From Macrostomum lignano (Eukaryota): 64,000 bases of DNA. The stretch spans positions 496,001 to 560,000 of the forward strand of contig NIVC01000353.1 of assembly GCA_002269645.1 (NCBI GenBank). Direction: 5' to 3'. Made by a program: the position numbers and the translations under genes. The notes below the pieces were generated by a model that was given only the letters and a program-made list of their open reading frames with translations, did no database searches and was not told where the DNA came from. Below are positions 13,700 to 28,430 of the stretch, one piece after another; position 1 is the first letter of the stretch, and each line of letters opens with the position of its first letter.

Positions 13700-13835
13700 T
13701 GCTTGCTTGCTTTGCTGGCTTTCGATTGGTCACTGCAGGCCGGGACTGGGGGTCTAGGCTTTGGGTTTGGGGTGGCTCTTCGCACTAAGGCTTTGGGGGG
13801 TTCGGGCTTCGGGGTTGAGGGGTGGAGGGGGTTTC
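13700..13835. promoter_or_regulatory. G-rich candidate promoter segment between the divergent zinc-finger and claudin-like genes
   Basis: Reverse CCAAT (ATTGG 13725-13729) and five G-runs at 13795-13831 fitting the G-quadruplex consensus. Confidence 0.4.
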
Positions 13836-14487
13836 TTCGCGTACGAAAGTTAAAGGACACATCCGATCGATCGATATTTTCTTCCCGCACCAAACCCCAC
13901 GGAACTGACAGACAGGCCCTCCTCACATCGTCAGCCAACCAACCCAGCCTTAGGAATTAAGAGTATTAGGAAAGAAGGCTTTAGACTAATTCCAGATAAA
14001 CAAACAGCAGCTGCCAGCTGCCCATCACAGATCACAGAAATAATCTAGACAAAAGATAAAGAATAATTATTTAGTTTGTAATCAGTTGGCCAGCTTTGTA
14101 CAAGGGTGGCGCCATGAAATTTACTCCGAGTTTCTTCTTATGCATTTCCTTATTTGGATAATAAGTGACAATAATAAGTGTATTTAAACAACGAAACACA
14201 CTAATCTTTCTGTTTCTTATTTCTTTCTTCCCTTTCCAAAGAAGCCATCTGATTCCGGTTTGAAGTCTCAGTAGGGGGGTGTTATTAGAGACTGAGCTTC
14301 CTTCATTGCAGTTCCCCCTCAATTATAATTTAGGATATACTTATTGTTATTCGCCTAATAACACGCTTGCTCGTGACTAAGCATTCAATTCTTCCCGGTG
14401 AATTTTTTATGATGAACAGGTGAGTGAAATATTATGCGTAATCCATGCTCGACTTAACGAGCTGTGCAAAGCGGATGAAGGAACACC

Positions 14488-15290
14488 CTGTCTCTACTCC
14501 TACTCCTCTATACCTATCACTACTCATCTATACCTGTCTTTACTCATCTATACCTGTCCGTACTCTACTATACCTGTCTGTACTCTTCTATACCTGTCTG
14601 TACTATTCTATACCTGTCTTTACTTATCTATACCTGTCCGTACTCTACTATACCTGTCTGTACTCTTTTATACCTGTCTGTACTATTCTATACCTGTCTT
14701 TACTTATCTATACCTGTCTGTACTCTTCTATACCTGTCTGTACTATTCTATACCTGTCTTTACTTATCTATACCTGTCTCTACTCATCTATACCTGTCCG
14801 TACTCTACTATACCTGTCTGTACTCATCTATACTTGTCTCTACTCATCTATACCTGTCCGTACTCTTCTATACCTGTCTGTACTATTCTATACCTGTCTT
14901 TACTGTTCTATACCTGTCTTTACTTATCTATACCTGTCCGTACTCTACTATACCTGTCTGTACTCTACTATACCTGTCTGTACTCTTCTATACCTGTCTG
15001 TACTCTTCTATACCTGTCTGTACTATTCTATACCTGTCTGTACTATTCTATACCTGTCTTTACTTATCTATACCTGTCCGTACTCTTCTATACCTGTCTG
15101 TACTCATCTATACCTGTCTGTACTCATCTATACCTGTCTGTACTCTTCTATACCTGTCTATACTGTTCTATACCTGTCTATACTGTTCTATACCTGTCTG
15201 TACTCTTCTATACCTGTCTGTACTCTTCTATACCTGTCTGTACTCATCTATACCTGTCTGTACTCATCTATACCTGTCTATACTCTGTAT
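14488..15290. repeat. 20-bp minisatellite (TATACCTGTCTGTACTCTTC)n
   Basis: Same family and orientation as 3830-4380; follows a candidate 5'UTR donor AG|GTGAGT at 14420. Confidence 0.97.
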
Positions 15291-16011
15291 ATGTCTGTAT
15301 CTATTGTTACACAAATTTCAGAAAATTTGTTTCCACATAATCAATGCTTATTTTTAAGCCTTTACGAGTAGAAACGTTTCCATTCTAACCTCTTCTTTTC
15401 TCTCGTCTACAGTATTATTTGATCCATGAAAACGTATCGAGTATTAGGCGTTGACTGTTCACTGTTCTCACTACTTCTTTCCCACCCCCATTTTCTAATC
15501 CCCCTAAGTATACGGTACGACCGGACACATGGTTTTCAAGCTAAAGCGCGTGCATATCCTTGATCGGTTTTACCACATACAGCCCCTCTTTCTGATCGCC
15601 AATAATCGATATTAAGCGAATGTCGCTGAGCCGTGTCCCAGTTGGCTGGTGAGGCTCAAGGGTGAGCGGGGGGTGAGCAGAGAATGAAATCAAGCGGGAC
15701 AGCGGCTGAACTTGGAGAGGGGGAGAGGGTGGCAAACAGAGGGAAGAATTTTTGCTTTGGTCCCTTTTCTGATCTCTCCGAAGCCTGCTAATCCGTCCCG
15801 GACAGAGACAGTCTCAAGCAGTGGCTGACTAGCAGTTCAAAAAAGGAAGCTTTTAATATTAGGAGGGCGACTCTTCGGCGAGACTTGCATGACGATTTCT
15901 GGAGCTCCGTCTGCTGCTCAAAAACTTCAAATTTTAGCTTTGATTGGTAATTGCTGAATAAGCTGCAGTCGGATTAAACTCGTACAGGAGCTCTAAGGTG
16001 AGCGCTTCTTC

Positions 16012-16400
<389 letters not shown>

Positions 16401-16408
16401 ATCTAGCA

Positions 16409-19400
16409 ATGCAGAGGCCAACGGCAGCAAACGGCTCTGGACCTCCGCCGGGGTTCTTCGCATCCACCAGTCCTGGCGGTGGCAACTTCACCCTGGCCGC
16501 ACCGTCAGCCAGCAGCAGCTCGGCAGCCGGTCAGGCCCGCCTGCCGAGAACCTACGTGGAGCCGTCGGTGAGGCCGCAGGCTTGGCGCCAGGAGGAGGTT
16601 GGCGCTGGTCTCGTCAACGGGAATTCCGCGTGGTTGCGGTGGTCGCGAGAGAGAAGAGCTTCGGTATGGCGTTGGGATATTGGAAGTAATTGAGGCTTAC
16701 AATAATAGTTTGCTATCTATATTTTAGTAGAAAACAGTCCAGTGCAGTGCTGTAAATGGCAGGCGATGACAGCATAAAGCAGTAGCTAGTAATACAAAAC
16801 ACCAAACTACAATATTATATAACATCAGTTTATATTAGATTACTGGAAACTACTGTACATTATAATACATAACAGTAGATAACAATAGATAACAGTTGAT
16901 AACAGTGGCTAACAGTGGATAACAGTAGATGACAGTGGATAACAGTGGATAACAGTAGATGACAGTGGATAGCAGTAGATACAGTAGATAACAGTAGATA
17001 ACAGTGGCTAACAGTAGATACAGTAGGTAACAGTAGATACAGTAGATAACAGTAGATAACAGTAGATAACAGTAGATAACAGTAGATAACAGTAGATACA
17101 GTAGATAACAGTAGATAGCAGTAGATGCAGTAGATAACAGTAGATAACAGTAGATAACAGTAGATAACAGTAGATAGCAGTAGATGCAGTAGATAACAGT
17201 AGATAACAGTAGATACAGTAGATAACAGTAGATAGCAGTAGATGCAGTAGATAACAGTAGATAGCAGTAGATACAGTAGATAACAGTAGATAGCAGTAGA
17301 TGCAGTAGATAACAGTAGATAACAGTAGATAACAGTAGATGCAGTAGATAACAGTAGATAACAGTAGATAACAGTAGATGCAGTAGATAACAGTAGATAA
17401 CAGTAGATAGCAGTAGATAACAGTAGATAACAGTAGATACAGTAGATAACAGTAGATAGCAGTAGATGCAGTAGATAACAGTAGATAGCAGTAGATACAG
17501 TAGATAACAGTAGATAGCAGTAGATGCAGTAGATAACAGTAGATAACAGTAGATAACAGTAGATGCAGTAGATAACAGTAGATAACAGTAGATAACAGTA
17601 GATGCAGTAGATAACAGTAGATAACAGTAGATAGCAGTAGATAACAGTAGATAACAGTAGATACAATAGATAACAGTAAATGATAGCAGATAACAGTAAA
17701 CAGTTTTTTTTTATACCGCTGACAACGTTTTTCAACGCTGACAGTACGGCAAGTTAAGTAGTATTGGCTGCGGTTAGTCCGCAGGGAGCAAGTGTTAAGT
17801 TAAGCGGGTTTTCGCTCACTCTGCTAAACATGTTACAGATTGTTCGCCAAAGTCAGCGTAAAGCTCGCGACTCAATCACGGCTATTCGAGAGCTGCCACC
17901 TCCGCTTAACGGTCGGCCCAACAGCGATCCCTTGGTTGCTACAGGCGACGGCTACGGTGGGGAATCGCTGCTCCCTTCGACACTGCCACCGCCGCGCCAG
18001 CGACAGCAGCCGATGCAACCGGCACAGAGGGGAGGCCAGCGTCGTCGAGGTCGACACCAGGTGACGGAGACGGACTTGACGATGAACCAGTGGAGCCGCC
18101 TGTTGGCCTTCTGGCAGCATCCGGTGTTTAATAGGGCTCGCATAGTTGCCATGCTGTGCGTTGGTGCCGCTTTGGTTGTCGGCGTTACCTCAGTGAGCTG
18201 TCGGGCCTGGTCGACCCACCGGATGTCGGGTGAGCATCTCAGGTCATGGAGACTGTCATCTCAGGTCATAAAGACTGTCATATCAGGTCATAGAGACAGT
18301 TATCTCAGGTCATAGAGACTGTCATCTCAGTTCATAGAGACTGTCATCTCAGGTCATAAAGACTGTCATATCAGGTCATAGAGACAGTTATCTCAGGTCA
18401 TAGAGACTGTCATCTCAGTTCATAGAGACTGTCATCTCAGGTCATGGAGACTGTCATCTCAGGTCATAGAGACTGTCATCTCAGTTCATAGAGACTGTCA
18501 TCTCAGGTCATAGAGACTGTCATCTCAGGTCATAGAGACTGTCATCTCAGGTCATGGAGACTGTCATCTCAGGTCATGGAGACTGTCATCTCAGGTCATA
18601 GAGACTGTCATCTCAGGTCATAGAGACTGTCATCTCAGGTCATTGAGACTGTCATCTCAGGTCATGGAGACTGTCATCTCAGGTCATGGAGACTGTCATC
18701 TCAGGTCATAGAGACTGTCATCTCAGGTCATAGATATAGTCATTTTAGGTCATGGAGACAGTCATCTCAGGTCATAGAGACCGTCATCTCAGGTCATAGA
18801 GACTGTCTTCTCAGATCATCGAGACTGTCATCTCAGGTCGTAGAGACTGTCATCTCAGGTCATAAGTTCCTGCATTCTATAAAGCATCCAAATTTTGAAG
18901 AGTCTAAGTGCAATTTTTTTACAAAAAATATCTGTAGACAATGTCACTTTGGCGGCATCGGGACTCTGGGACACGTGCTTTACGGCAAACGACACCTGTA
19001 TCAGTGCGTTCGATTTGCCAACCACAAACAGCGATGCTTCTGGTGAGTAGCTGCCGCTTTGGTTTGAAAGTTTTGGTCCAGTTTGAAAAGCTAGTTCAAG
19101 ACAGTGACGCAATCAGTTCAAGACAGTGACGCAATCAGTTCAAGACAGTGACGCAATCAGTTCAAGACAGTGACGCAATCGTTTCAAGATAGTGACGGAA
19201 TCAGTTCAAGACAGTGACGATGCAATCAGTTCAAGACAGTGACGCAATCAGTTCAAGATAGAATCAATACAGCTGAAGATAGGACATATTAAGCACTCTC
19301 TAACAATCATATTTGACAAAAAACTTGCAGACTGGCAAAAGTCGGTGGCCTTCCTACTGGTTTCCTCGGTACTTTTAACTGTCATTGGTTCGGTCGTAGC

Positions 19401-19819
19401 CCTGTGTGGATTCTGGGTCAGCTACCTGCCAAGAAAGATTTACTACTTTCATTCCTCCGGAGAAATTTTCTTCGTATGCGGTGAGCACTCATAGATCTAA
19501 CTGTATTAAGATTTTTCAATGTTGGTTCAAGACTGTATCGTTATCACATACACGTATTACAGCCATGCTGTCCACCATTTCGGCTGTAATTTATCCTTAT
19601 TCGCTGCAAAGATTTCTACTGCATTCGATTGTTTATGGCTACGGATATTTTCTGGGCTGGGCCACGTCCGGGTTGCAGTGTCTGGCCGCGTTCTGCATGA
19701 TGCTGGATTTGCTGGTTCGAGAGTCAAGCAGGCCGCTGCCCTGCGCCAAGTTCTGCTGCTGCTGCGCCTGCTGTAGAGAGGAGACCGACCGTGGAATAGG
19801 CAGGCCCTTGATGGCGTAG
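16409..19819 (+). CDS. Claudin/PMP22/EMP-family four-TM protein, about 353 aa; exons 16409-16567, 17839-18229, 18938-19042, 19331-19480, 19563-19819
   Basis: All four intron phases agree (0,1,1,1); W...GLWDTC......C loop signature, four hydrophobic segments, YGYGYFLGW in TM4, Cys-rich tail; first coding exon least certain. Confidence 0.85.
16870..17700. repeat. 10-bp (AACAGTAGAT)n satellite with 9-bp variants, in claudin-like intron
   Basis: Read directly. Confidence 0.96.
18236..18862 (+). repeat. 22-bp minisatellite (GAGACTGTCATCTCAGGTCATA)n starting just after the splice donor
   Basis: Read directly. Confidence 0.96.
19093..19260. repeat. 22-bp minisatellite (GTTCAAGACAGTGACGCAATCA)n
   Basis: About 7 copies in claudin-like intron 3. 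Confidence 0.93.
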
Positions 19820-19854
19820 GATTGCTCTTGAAGCTCGATTGGTTGGAATTATCG

Positions 19855-20365
19855 AGGGGTGAGGTGGCTGCCACAAGGGGGTTGGAATTAAGGGGTTTGA
19901 CGCAGTGAGGTGGCTGCCACGGGGGGGGGTAGAAATTGAGGGGTTTGACGCAGGGAGTGGGGTGGCTGCCACGGGGTAAAAATTGAGGGGTTTGACGCAG
20001 GGAGTGAGGTGGCTGCCACGGGGGTAGAAATTGAGGGGTTTGACGCAGGGAGTGGGGTGGCTGCCACGAGGGGTAGAAGTTGAGGGGTTGAGGCAGAGAT
20101 TGAGGTGGCTTCCACGGGGGGGGGTAGAAATTTAGGGGTTTGAGGCAGGGAGTGAGGTGGCTGCCACGGGGGTAGAAACTGAGGGCTTTGAGGTAGGGAG
20201 TAAGGTGGCTGCCACGGGGGTAGAAACTGAGGGGTTTGACGCAGGGAGTGGGGTGGCTGCCACGAGGGGTAGAAGTTGAGGGGTTGAGGCAGAGAGTGAG
20301 GTGGCTTCCACGGGGGTAGAAACTGAGGGGGTTGAGGCAAGGAGTGAGTTTGGTGCCACGGGGTG
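19855..20365. repeat. G-rich minisatellite of about 48 bp, just 3' of the claudin-like stop
   Basis: Unit GTGGCTGCCACGGGGGTAGAAATTGAGGGGTTTGACGCAGGGAGTGGG. Confidence 0.92.
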
Positions 20366-21046
20366 TAAAAATGGGGGTTGGGGCAGGCATTGAAGTTATT
20401 TTGAGAACGGTAGAGATTTCAGAAAATCGAGAGAGTCATTTGATGGACTGTGCAACTTCGCTTCACTTTCAGTGACAAGTCATCGCATCCGTATCTAATC
20501 CATTCACACACTATTGGTTTTCGGCTTTGTGAACGTTTATAATGTTTTTGAAGTTGTTTTATTTTTTAAAAAATATCATTTAAATTAAAACTCTATTGTG
20601 ACATAGCTCGTAAAATGCGCTGGCTACTTACAGTAGACAATTAACATGTTTAAATATATTTTTCTACACAAATCTTGTACATACAGGTACGTGCAAAAAT
20701 GTCATTAGAAATCTTATTTTTAACGAATCTTAACTGGGTCTTATCGTTTTATTAAAATTAGGACCCAATGCAGTGCAGCATAGCTAGCTAGGAGGACAGG
20801 AATCCAGGGTGAAGAGAAAAAATATCTATAAAAACTTGGTCACTTGGCAGTCGTCTGACTTTCTTATAATCGATAAAAAATGCTTCGCTAGCATAGAGAG
20901 CCTAAAATTTGACCTGTTAGGATTGAACAGTCTGCTTTTTTAATCTTGACGATTCGAGGACAGCCTAGTATGGCGGGCAACAGGCATTCGCCGCCACATC
21001 GCAGAAGCTGGACTCCAGCAATCAGAGTATTCTTTTGCAAAGACGA

Positions 21047-23046
21047 ATGGCTGCGTTTGGCACTGCCGAGCCGGATTCAAACGAGGGCGACTGCTTGGTT
21101 CAGTAAGCAGTTTGAAAACTATTAATAGACAGTTTAAAAGTTATTTCTGATCACCATTCCCTAATTAAGTATCTGCATAATTAACTCTCCCTAATTAAGT
21201 ATCTGCATAATTAACTCTCCCTAATTAAAGATCTGCATAATTAACTCTCTCCCTAATTAACGATCGGCATAATTAACTCTCTCCCTAATTAACGATCGGC
21301 ATAATTAACTCTCCCTAATTAACGATCTGCATGATTAACACTCTCCCTAATTAACGATCTGCATGAGTAAAACTCTCCCTAATTAACGATCTGCATAATT
21401 AACTCTCCCTAATTAACGATCTGCATAATTAGCACCCTCCCTAATTAACGATCTGCATAATTATAATTAGCACCCTCCCTAATTAACTATCTGCATAATT
21501 AACTCTCCCTAATTAACGATCTGCGTAATTAAAAATCTCTCAAATTAACGATATTGCGTAATTAAAACTCCCCCTAATTAACGATATTGAATAATTAACA
21601 CTCCTAAAATCTTCGCATTCCAAAACGCTATTAAGGAATTCCAATAATTTAAAACATCCAGACTGACTGAAGACCGGCCACTGTCAACAGTCTCAGTGGC
21701 TCTGAGCGGCAGCTCAATAAACACCAATCGTCGCCGACAATTAGCGATGCTCCCGGCCGCTTGCAGCCATTGCGGTGAATCCTTTGATGTTTCCGACAAA
21801 GTGCTGAAAGCTGGCGGTAGCGAGGCTTGGCATGAATGGTGCTTGAAGTGAGTGGAGTGTATAATAGCATAATTTATTTATTGATATGTATAATTTATTG
21901 CCGACAACATAGCTTGTATATACAGATGTTTATAATCAATTTTTTAGCGCCAGAGCAGAGATGCACAAATTATTTAATTTGAGTCATAAAGAGTTGTATA
22001 AACTATTTAGTCGCAACAAAGGTGTATAATAAATTTATTAGCTCCAAAACGGAGGTGTATAAATCAATTAGCTAGCGCCAAACAGAGGTGTATAAATCAA
22101 TTAGCTAGCGCCAAACAGAGGTGTATAAATCAATTAGCTAGCGCCAAACAGAGGTGTATAAATGAATTAATTATCGCCCGAACAGAGGCATATACTAAAA
22201 AATAAATTCGATCACACCCTACTACTGACTTTATTAGTAGTATAAACCTGCGTTAAAATATAAAAAAATTCATGTGGTCAGCAGTAATTTCTCTTGTTGA
22301 CAATTTGCGTTGCCATAACTTGTAGCACCATTGTGCAGAAGGCAAGTATAGCTGAGTACAACTTTATTTCATGGAAAATAAGCAGTACAAAACATTGCAA
22401 TCTCTTCTGTCTTACAAGAGTGCTTCATCTAATTCTTTTTTCCTCATTCTGTCGGTTATAGTTTTAGCAATCTACTTTGCAAAAAAATATTAATTATGCT
22501 TTAAACTTATGCGCAGTTGCTTTATTAATTGTTGGTCTCGACCCTCGAGTACCCCAACCCCTCAGATGTGCTTGCTGGTTGGCTGGCTCTCTGCTCTCCT
22601 AGAAGAAGCAGAGACTCATGCGCGCATTTAAAAGCAGGTCTTCTTGCTTTGTGTGGCAGTTCAGTTAGAAAAATTATTAATTATTATCCTTAGAAAAAAT
22701 GCTGTCAGTTACGTACAGTTTAGTAACCACAGTCCAGTGCTGCGACCAGCTGGCCTTGAGCTGCATCAATATTGATGGCGATGGAGCCAAAGAGGCTGGC
22801 AAGACTCCTCACTCAGCGGGTGTGCTGGCCACGCCAAGACGATCTACAGCAGTCGATGCGGGCCGATTGACTCGGTCGGAGACTCACCCGCTCAGGCAGC
22901 GGCTGTGTCGGGTGTGCCGAGCCGTGTCTCTCGGCTCCCTGACTGCCCTGCGATGCCGGCACTGCGGCAAACCAGTGGACACCGACTCGATGGCTGGGGC
23001 TGTCAGCCACGCTGGCGATGTGTGGCATCGGAGATGCTTCGTGTGA
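21047..23046 (+). CDS. LIM-domain exons (21047-21102, 21662-21847, about 22719-23041); 5' part of the PINCH-like gene or a separate LIM gene
   Basis: CSHCGESFDVSDKVLKAGGSEAWHEWCL and CRHCGKPVDTDSMAGAVSHAGDVWHRRCFV are LIM first halves; exon1-exon2 phase 2 agrees; later joins uncertain. Confidence 0.6.
21155..21600. repeat. 30-bp minisatellite (CTCCCTAATTAACGATCTGCATAATTAACT)n
   Basis: Read directly; intronic. Confidence 0.93.
22050..22190. repeat. 33-bp minisatellite (GAGGTGTATAAATCAATTAGCTAGCGCCAAACA), about 4 copies
   Basis: Read directly. Confidence 0.9.
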
Positions 23047-23049
23047 GAG

Positions 23050-23405
23050 GCCGGGTGGGAAAGTCGGAGGGTGAGAGGAGGGTGAGAGGAGAGTGAGAGG
23101 AGGGTGAGAGGAGGGAGAGGGGAGGGAGCGAGGAGGGTGAGAGGAGGGTGAGAGGAGGGAGTAGAATGAGAAGAGGGAGTGAGAGGGAGAGAGGAGGAAG
23201 TGAGACGGAGAGAGGAGGGACAGAGTGAGAGTAGGGAGTGAGAGGGAGAGAGGAGGGAGGAGAGTGAGAGGAGGGAGTGAGAGGGAGAGAGGAGGGAGTG
23301 AGAGGGAGAGAGGAGGGAGAGAGTGAGAGTAGGGAGAGAGAGAGAGAGAGAGAGGAGGGAGGAGAGTGAGAGTCGGGAGAGAGAGGGAGAGAGGAGGGCG
23401 AGAGA
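23050..23405. repeat. GA-rich low-complexity tandem repeat
   Basis: Read directly. Confidence 0.9.
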
Positions 23406-24309
23406 AGAGCAGTTCAATTCTACCACAAACTCGAGTTCATAGTCTGAATTTTTTTTCACTTTCCCGCTCTGACGGATGAGACCAAAGAGCTCTGCAGTGC
23501 TGTTGCACTTTTCCAAACGGTACAAACAAAGTAGGTACAGGAGAATCCCAAGCTTTGGTTGCAGCTGCAGAATTGAAGATAAACTTTGAAGCCGTGTTAT
23601 CGCTCTGTGCCAGGAGATTCTGAGTCAATCAATCTTCCGCCATCTCGATCGAAGCATTGAACCGTTTTTGAACAGCGACCGGCGAGCGATAAGTTCAAAA
23701 GTACATCGAAAGTGTGGCTTAAACAGAAAAGAATAAAACAAATAAGCCAAGTTCGCTACAATAAAATTATGAATTATGTGCAAATTTGTTATTGCGCGCT
23801 TGTGCAGGTCTGTTCATGAGCGTCTGTGCTTGTGCGCTTATAACAGTGCGCGCTTATAATGGTGCGCGCTTATAATGGTGCGCGCTTATAATATTTCGCG
23901 CTTAAAATAGTGCGCGCTTAAAAAAGAGCGCGCTCATAGCCCTTATCAAACATTTCTTCTCATATTTAAGATTTTTAGGTGTCCCATATGATAAAACTTT
24001 ATGCCATAGTTATCTTTGACTCTGCATGGGAAGAAAAAATGATAGATTATTCCTGGTTATTCCTGGTTACAGTTGATTGATTAATCGACAGATGAATAGT
24101 TGATATAGTAAGTATAGCTATTCTGTAGTTAGGATTGCAATATCTGCATAAGCGACTCTAGGCTAGCTGCAATCAATGAGGTTCTGTGTGGGCTTCCCTT
24201 TCCGGCAACTGCTTCCATAAATCTTGGGTTACTGTCTGCTTTTGTCTGCCCGGTCTCTTGTGTGTCTTCTGACCCGCCTCTCCTTCCATATTTCCTTTCT
24301 TACCATGTC

Positions 24310-25188
24310 TCTGCCTCTCCCTCCCTCCCTTTCCCTCTCTCTGCCTCTCCCTCCCTCCCTTTCCCTCTCTCTGACACTCCCTCCCCCCTTTCCCTCTCTC
24401 TGGCACTCCCTCCCTCCCTTTCCCTCTCTCTGCCTCTCCCTCCCCCCTTTCCCTCTCTCTGACACTCCCTCCCTCCCTTTCCCTCTCTCTGCCTCTCCCT
24501 CCCTCCCTTTCCCTCTCTCTGCCTCTCCCTCCCTCCCTTTCCCTCTCTCTGCCTCTCCCTCCCTCCCTTTCCCTCTCTCTGGCACTCCCTCCCCCCTTTC
24601 CCTCTCTCTGGTACTCCCTCCCTCCCTTTCCCTCTCTCTGCCTCTCCCTCCCCCCTTTCCCTCTCTCTGACACTCCCTCCCTCCCTTTCCCTCTCTCTGC
24701 CTCTCCCTCCCCCCTTTCCCTCTCTCTGACACTCCCTCCCTCCCTTTCCCTCTCTCTGCCTCTCCCTCCCTCCCTTTCCCTCTCTCTGCCTCTCCCTCCC
24801 TCCCTTTCCCTCTCTCTGCCTCTCCCTCCCTCCCTTTCCCTCTCTCTGCCTCTCCCTCCCTCCCTTTCCCTCTCTCTGCCTCTCCCTCCCTCCCTTTCCC
24901 TCTCTCTGCCTCTCCCTCCCTCCCTTTCCCTCTCTCTGACACTCCCTCCCTCCCTTTCCCTCTCTCTGACACTCCCTCCCTCCCTTTCCCTCTCTCTGCC
25001 TCTCCCTCCCTCCCTTTCCCTCTCTCTGACACTCCCTCCCTCCCTTTCCCTCTCTCTGCCTCTCCCTCCCCCCTTTCCCTCTCTCTGCCTCTCTCCTTCC
25101 CCTACCTCTCCCTGTTCCTCTCTTCCTCTATCCTTCTCTCCCTCTCTCCATCCCTCTCCCTCTCTATTTCTCTCCTTCTCTTCCCATC

Positions 25189-25238
<50 letters not shown>
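24310..25238. repeat. 30-bp polypyrimidine minisatellite (CTCCCTCCCTCCCTTTCCCTCTCTCTGCCT)n plus (CT)n
   Basis: Read directly. Confidence 0.96.
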
Positions 25239-25240
<2 letters not shown>

Positions 25241-25569
25241 CGTCCCGCTCCTTCCGTTAACAGAAACATTGGCGGTGAATTTTAGCAGTACCTTTACCAA
25301 GTTAGTCATGTCCCACGGCCAGCCTCTGCAACTTATATACGCCAATATTCCTCTTCCACACAGTCCAACGCACCTCCGTCCTCTCCCGATATCTGTCATT
25401 TTTTCACGAAAAACTATCCATCTGATATTCTGTATATTCACACCGCATTCAGTTGGTGTAATTAATATGTCAATCATTTCTTCATTCTATGAGTCTGCTT
25501 AGCAATATACTCAATGTATGAGTATGTACAATCATTTTCGTATATCAGAGTATTATTTGCCTTCCCACA

Positions 25570-26200
<631 letters not shown>

Positions 26201-26694
26201 CTCAAAGAGGCAACACATTCAACACTCGGAAGCAAGCAAAAATCCAATTCATAGACTGCGAGACCGCCGCTGTCCTTGTTTGCATTCTGACAGCAATTAT
26301 AATTTGCTTTGCTCGCTGATTACGCAACAGCTGTGATATTTGCTAAACGCGGCTTCGCTTTGTGCGAATTCCTAATTAGAAACCTTTGGGTAGGTTGGGT
26401 TAAGGCTCGTCCAACGGTGGCCCCAGCGTGCCCTGGAAACCACTTAATAGAAACCACTTAAAGCTGTCAATGTTTTCATGCCCTATGGCGCTTTATGGTT
26501 AAACGAGTTTATTAATTATGAATATTGCGCTCATACAGAATATCTGGCAAGAATTTCATCACCTTAAATATTCAGGTGTGCCCAGTGCTTCAGGCCGTTT
26601 AAGAATGGTCTGTTCTACGAGGTGAGTTGGTAACTTAGCGATTAAGGTAACAATAATAGAAGGATTCATAGAGAAAACTCTTCTGAGTATAATT

Positions 26695-27065
26695 TGGTAG
26701 AGTGAAAATGGTAGAGTGACAATGGTAGACTGACAATGGTAGAGTGACAATGGTAGAGTGATAATTGTAGTGACAATGGTAGACCGACAATGGTGGACTG
26801 ACAATGGTGGACTGACAATGGTGGGCTGACAATGGTAGAGTGACAATGGTAGAGTGACAATGGTAGAGTGACAATGACAGTGAGAACGGCAGAAGAGTGA
26901 CAATGGTAGAGTGAAGATAGTAGAGTGACAATGGTAGAGTGAGTATAGTCGAGTGACAATGGTAGAGTGGCAATAGTAGAGGGACAATAGTAGAGTGACA
27001 ATGGTAGAGTGACAATGGTAGACTGACAATGGTAGAGTGACAATGGTAGAGTGACAATGGCAGAG
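26695..27065. repeat. 14-bp minisatellite (GAGTGACAATGGTA)n
   Basis: Read directly. Confidence 0.93.
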
Positions 27066-27499
27066 TAACAGTTTCAGTGTGATAAGATGGCACAGCGATG
27101 TCAGGATCAAAGATTTCTGTAGCCAAAATTCATGAAAAAATGATTACAAAAGCTATTAGTATATCTGGATTTAGAAATTTTACCAGTTAACTACGAGTAT
27201 AAACTGCATTTTTCACGCATAGTTCGACCGCTTTCTACCTCATCCAAGAGTCTTCCACTGGAGTTAATTGGCTTGAAAAACTTAGCAGAAACGGATAAAG
27301 TAAAAACTGATTCAAGCAAAAATGCGAAGGAAAAAAACCGGCTGAAGTTCTGCTCATAAATAATTTCCGCTTTTTCAGTTCGACGGGCGAATGTTTTGCG
27401 AGCACGACTTTCACGTCTTGTTCAAGCCCTGCTGCGCAAAATGCGGTGAGTTGCGGCGAAGTTTCACTTACTTGTAGAGACACTGCTGACTGCACTTTT

Positions 27500-28430
<931 letters not shown>

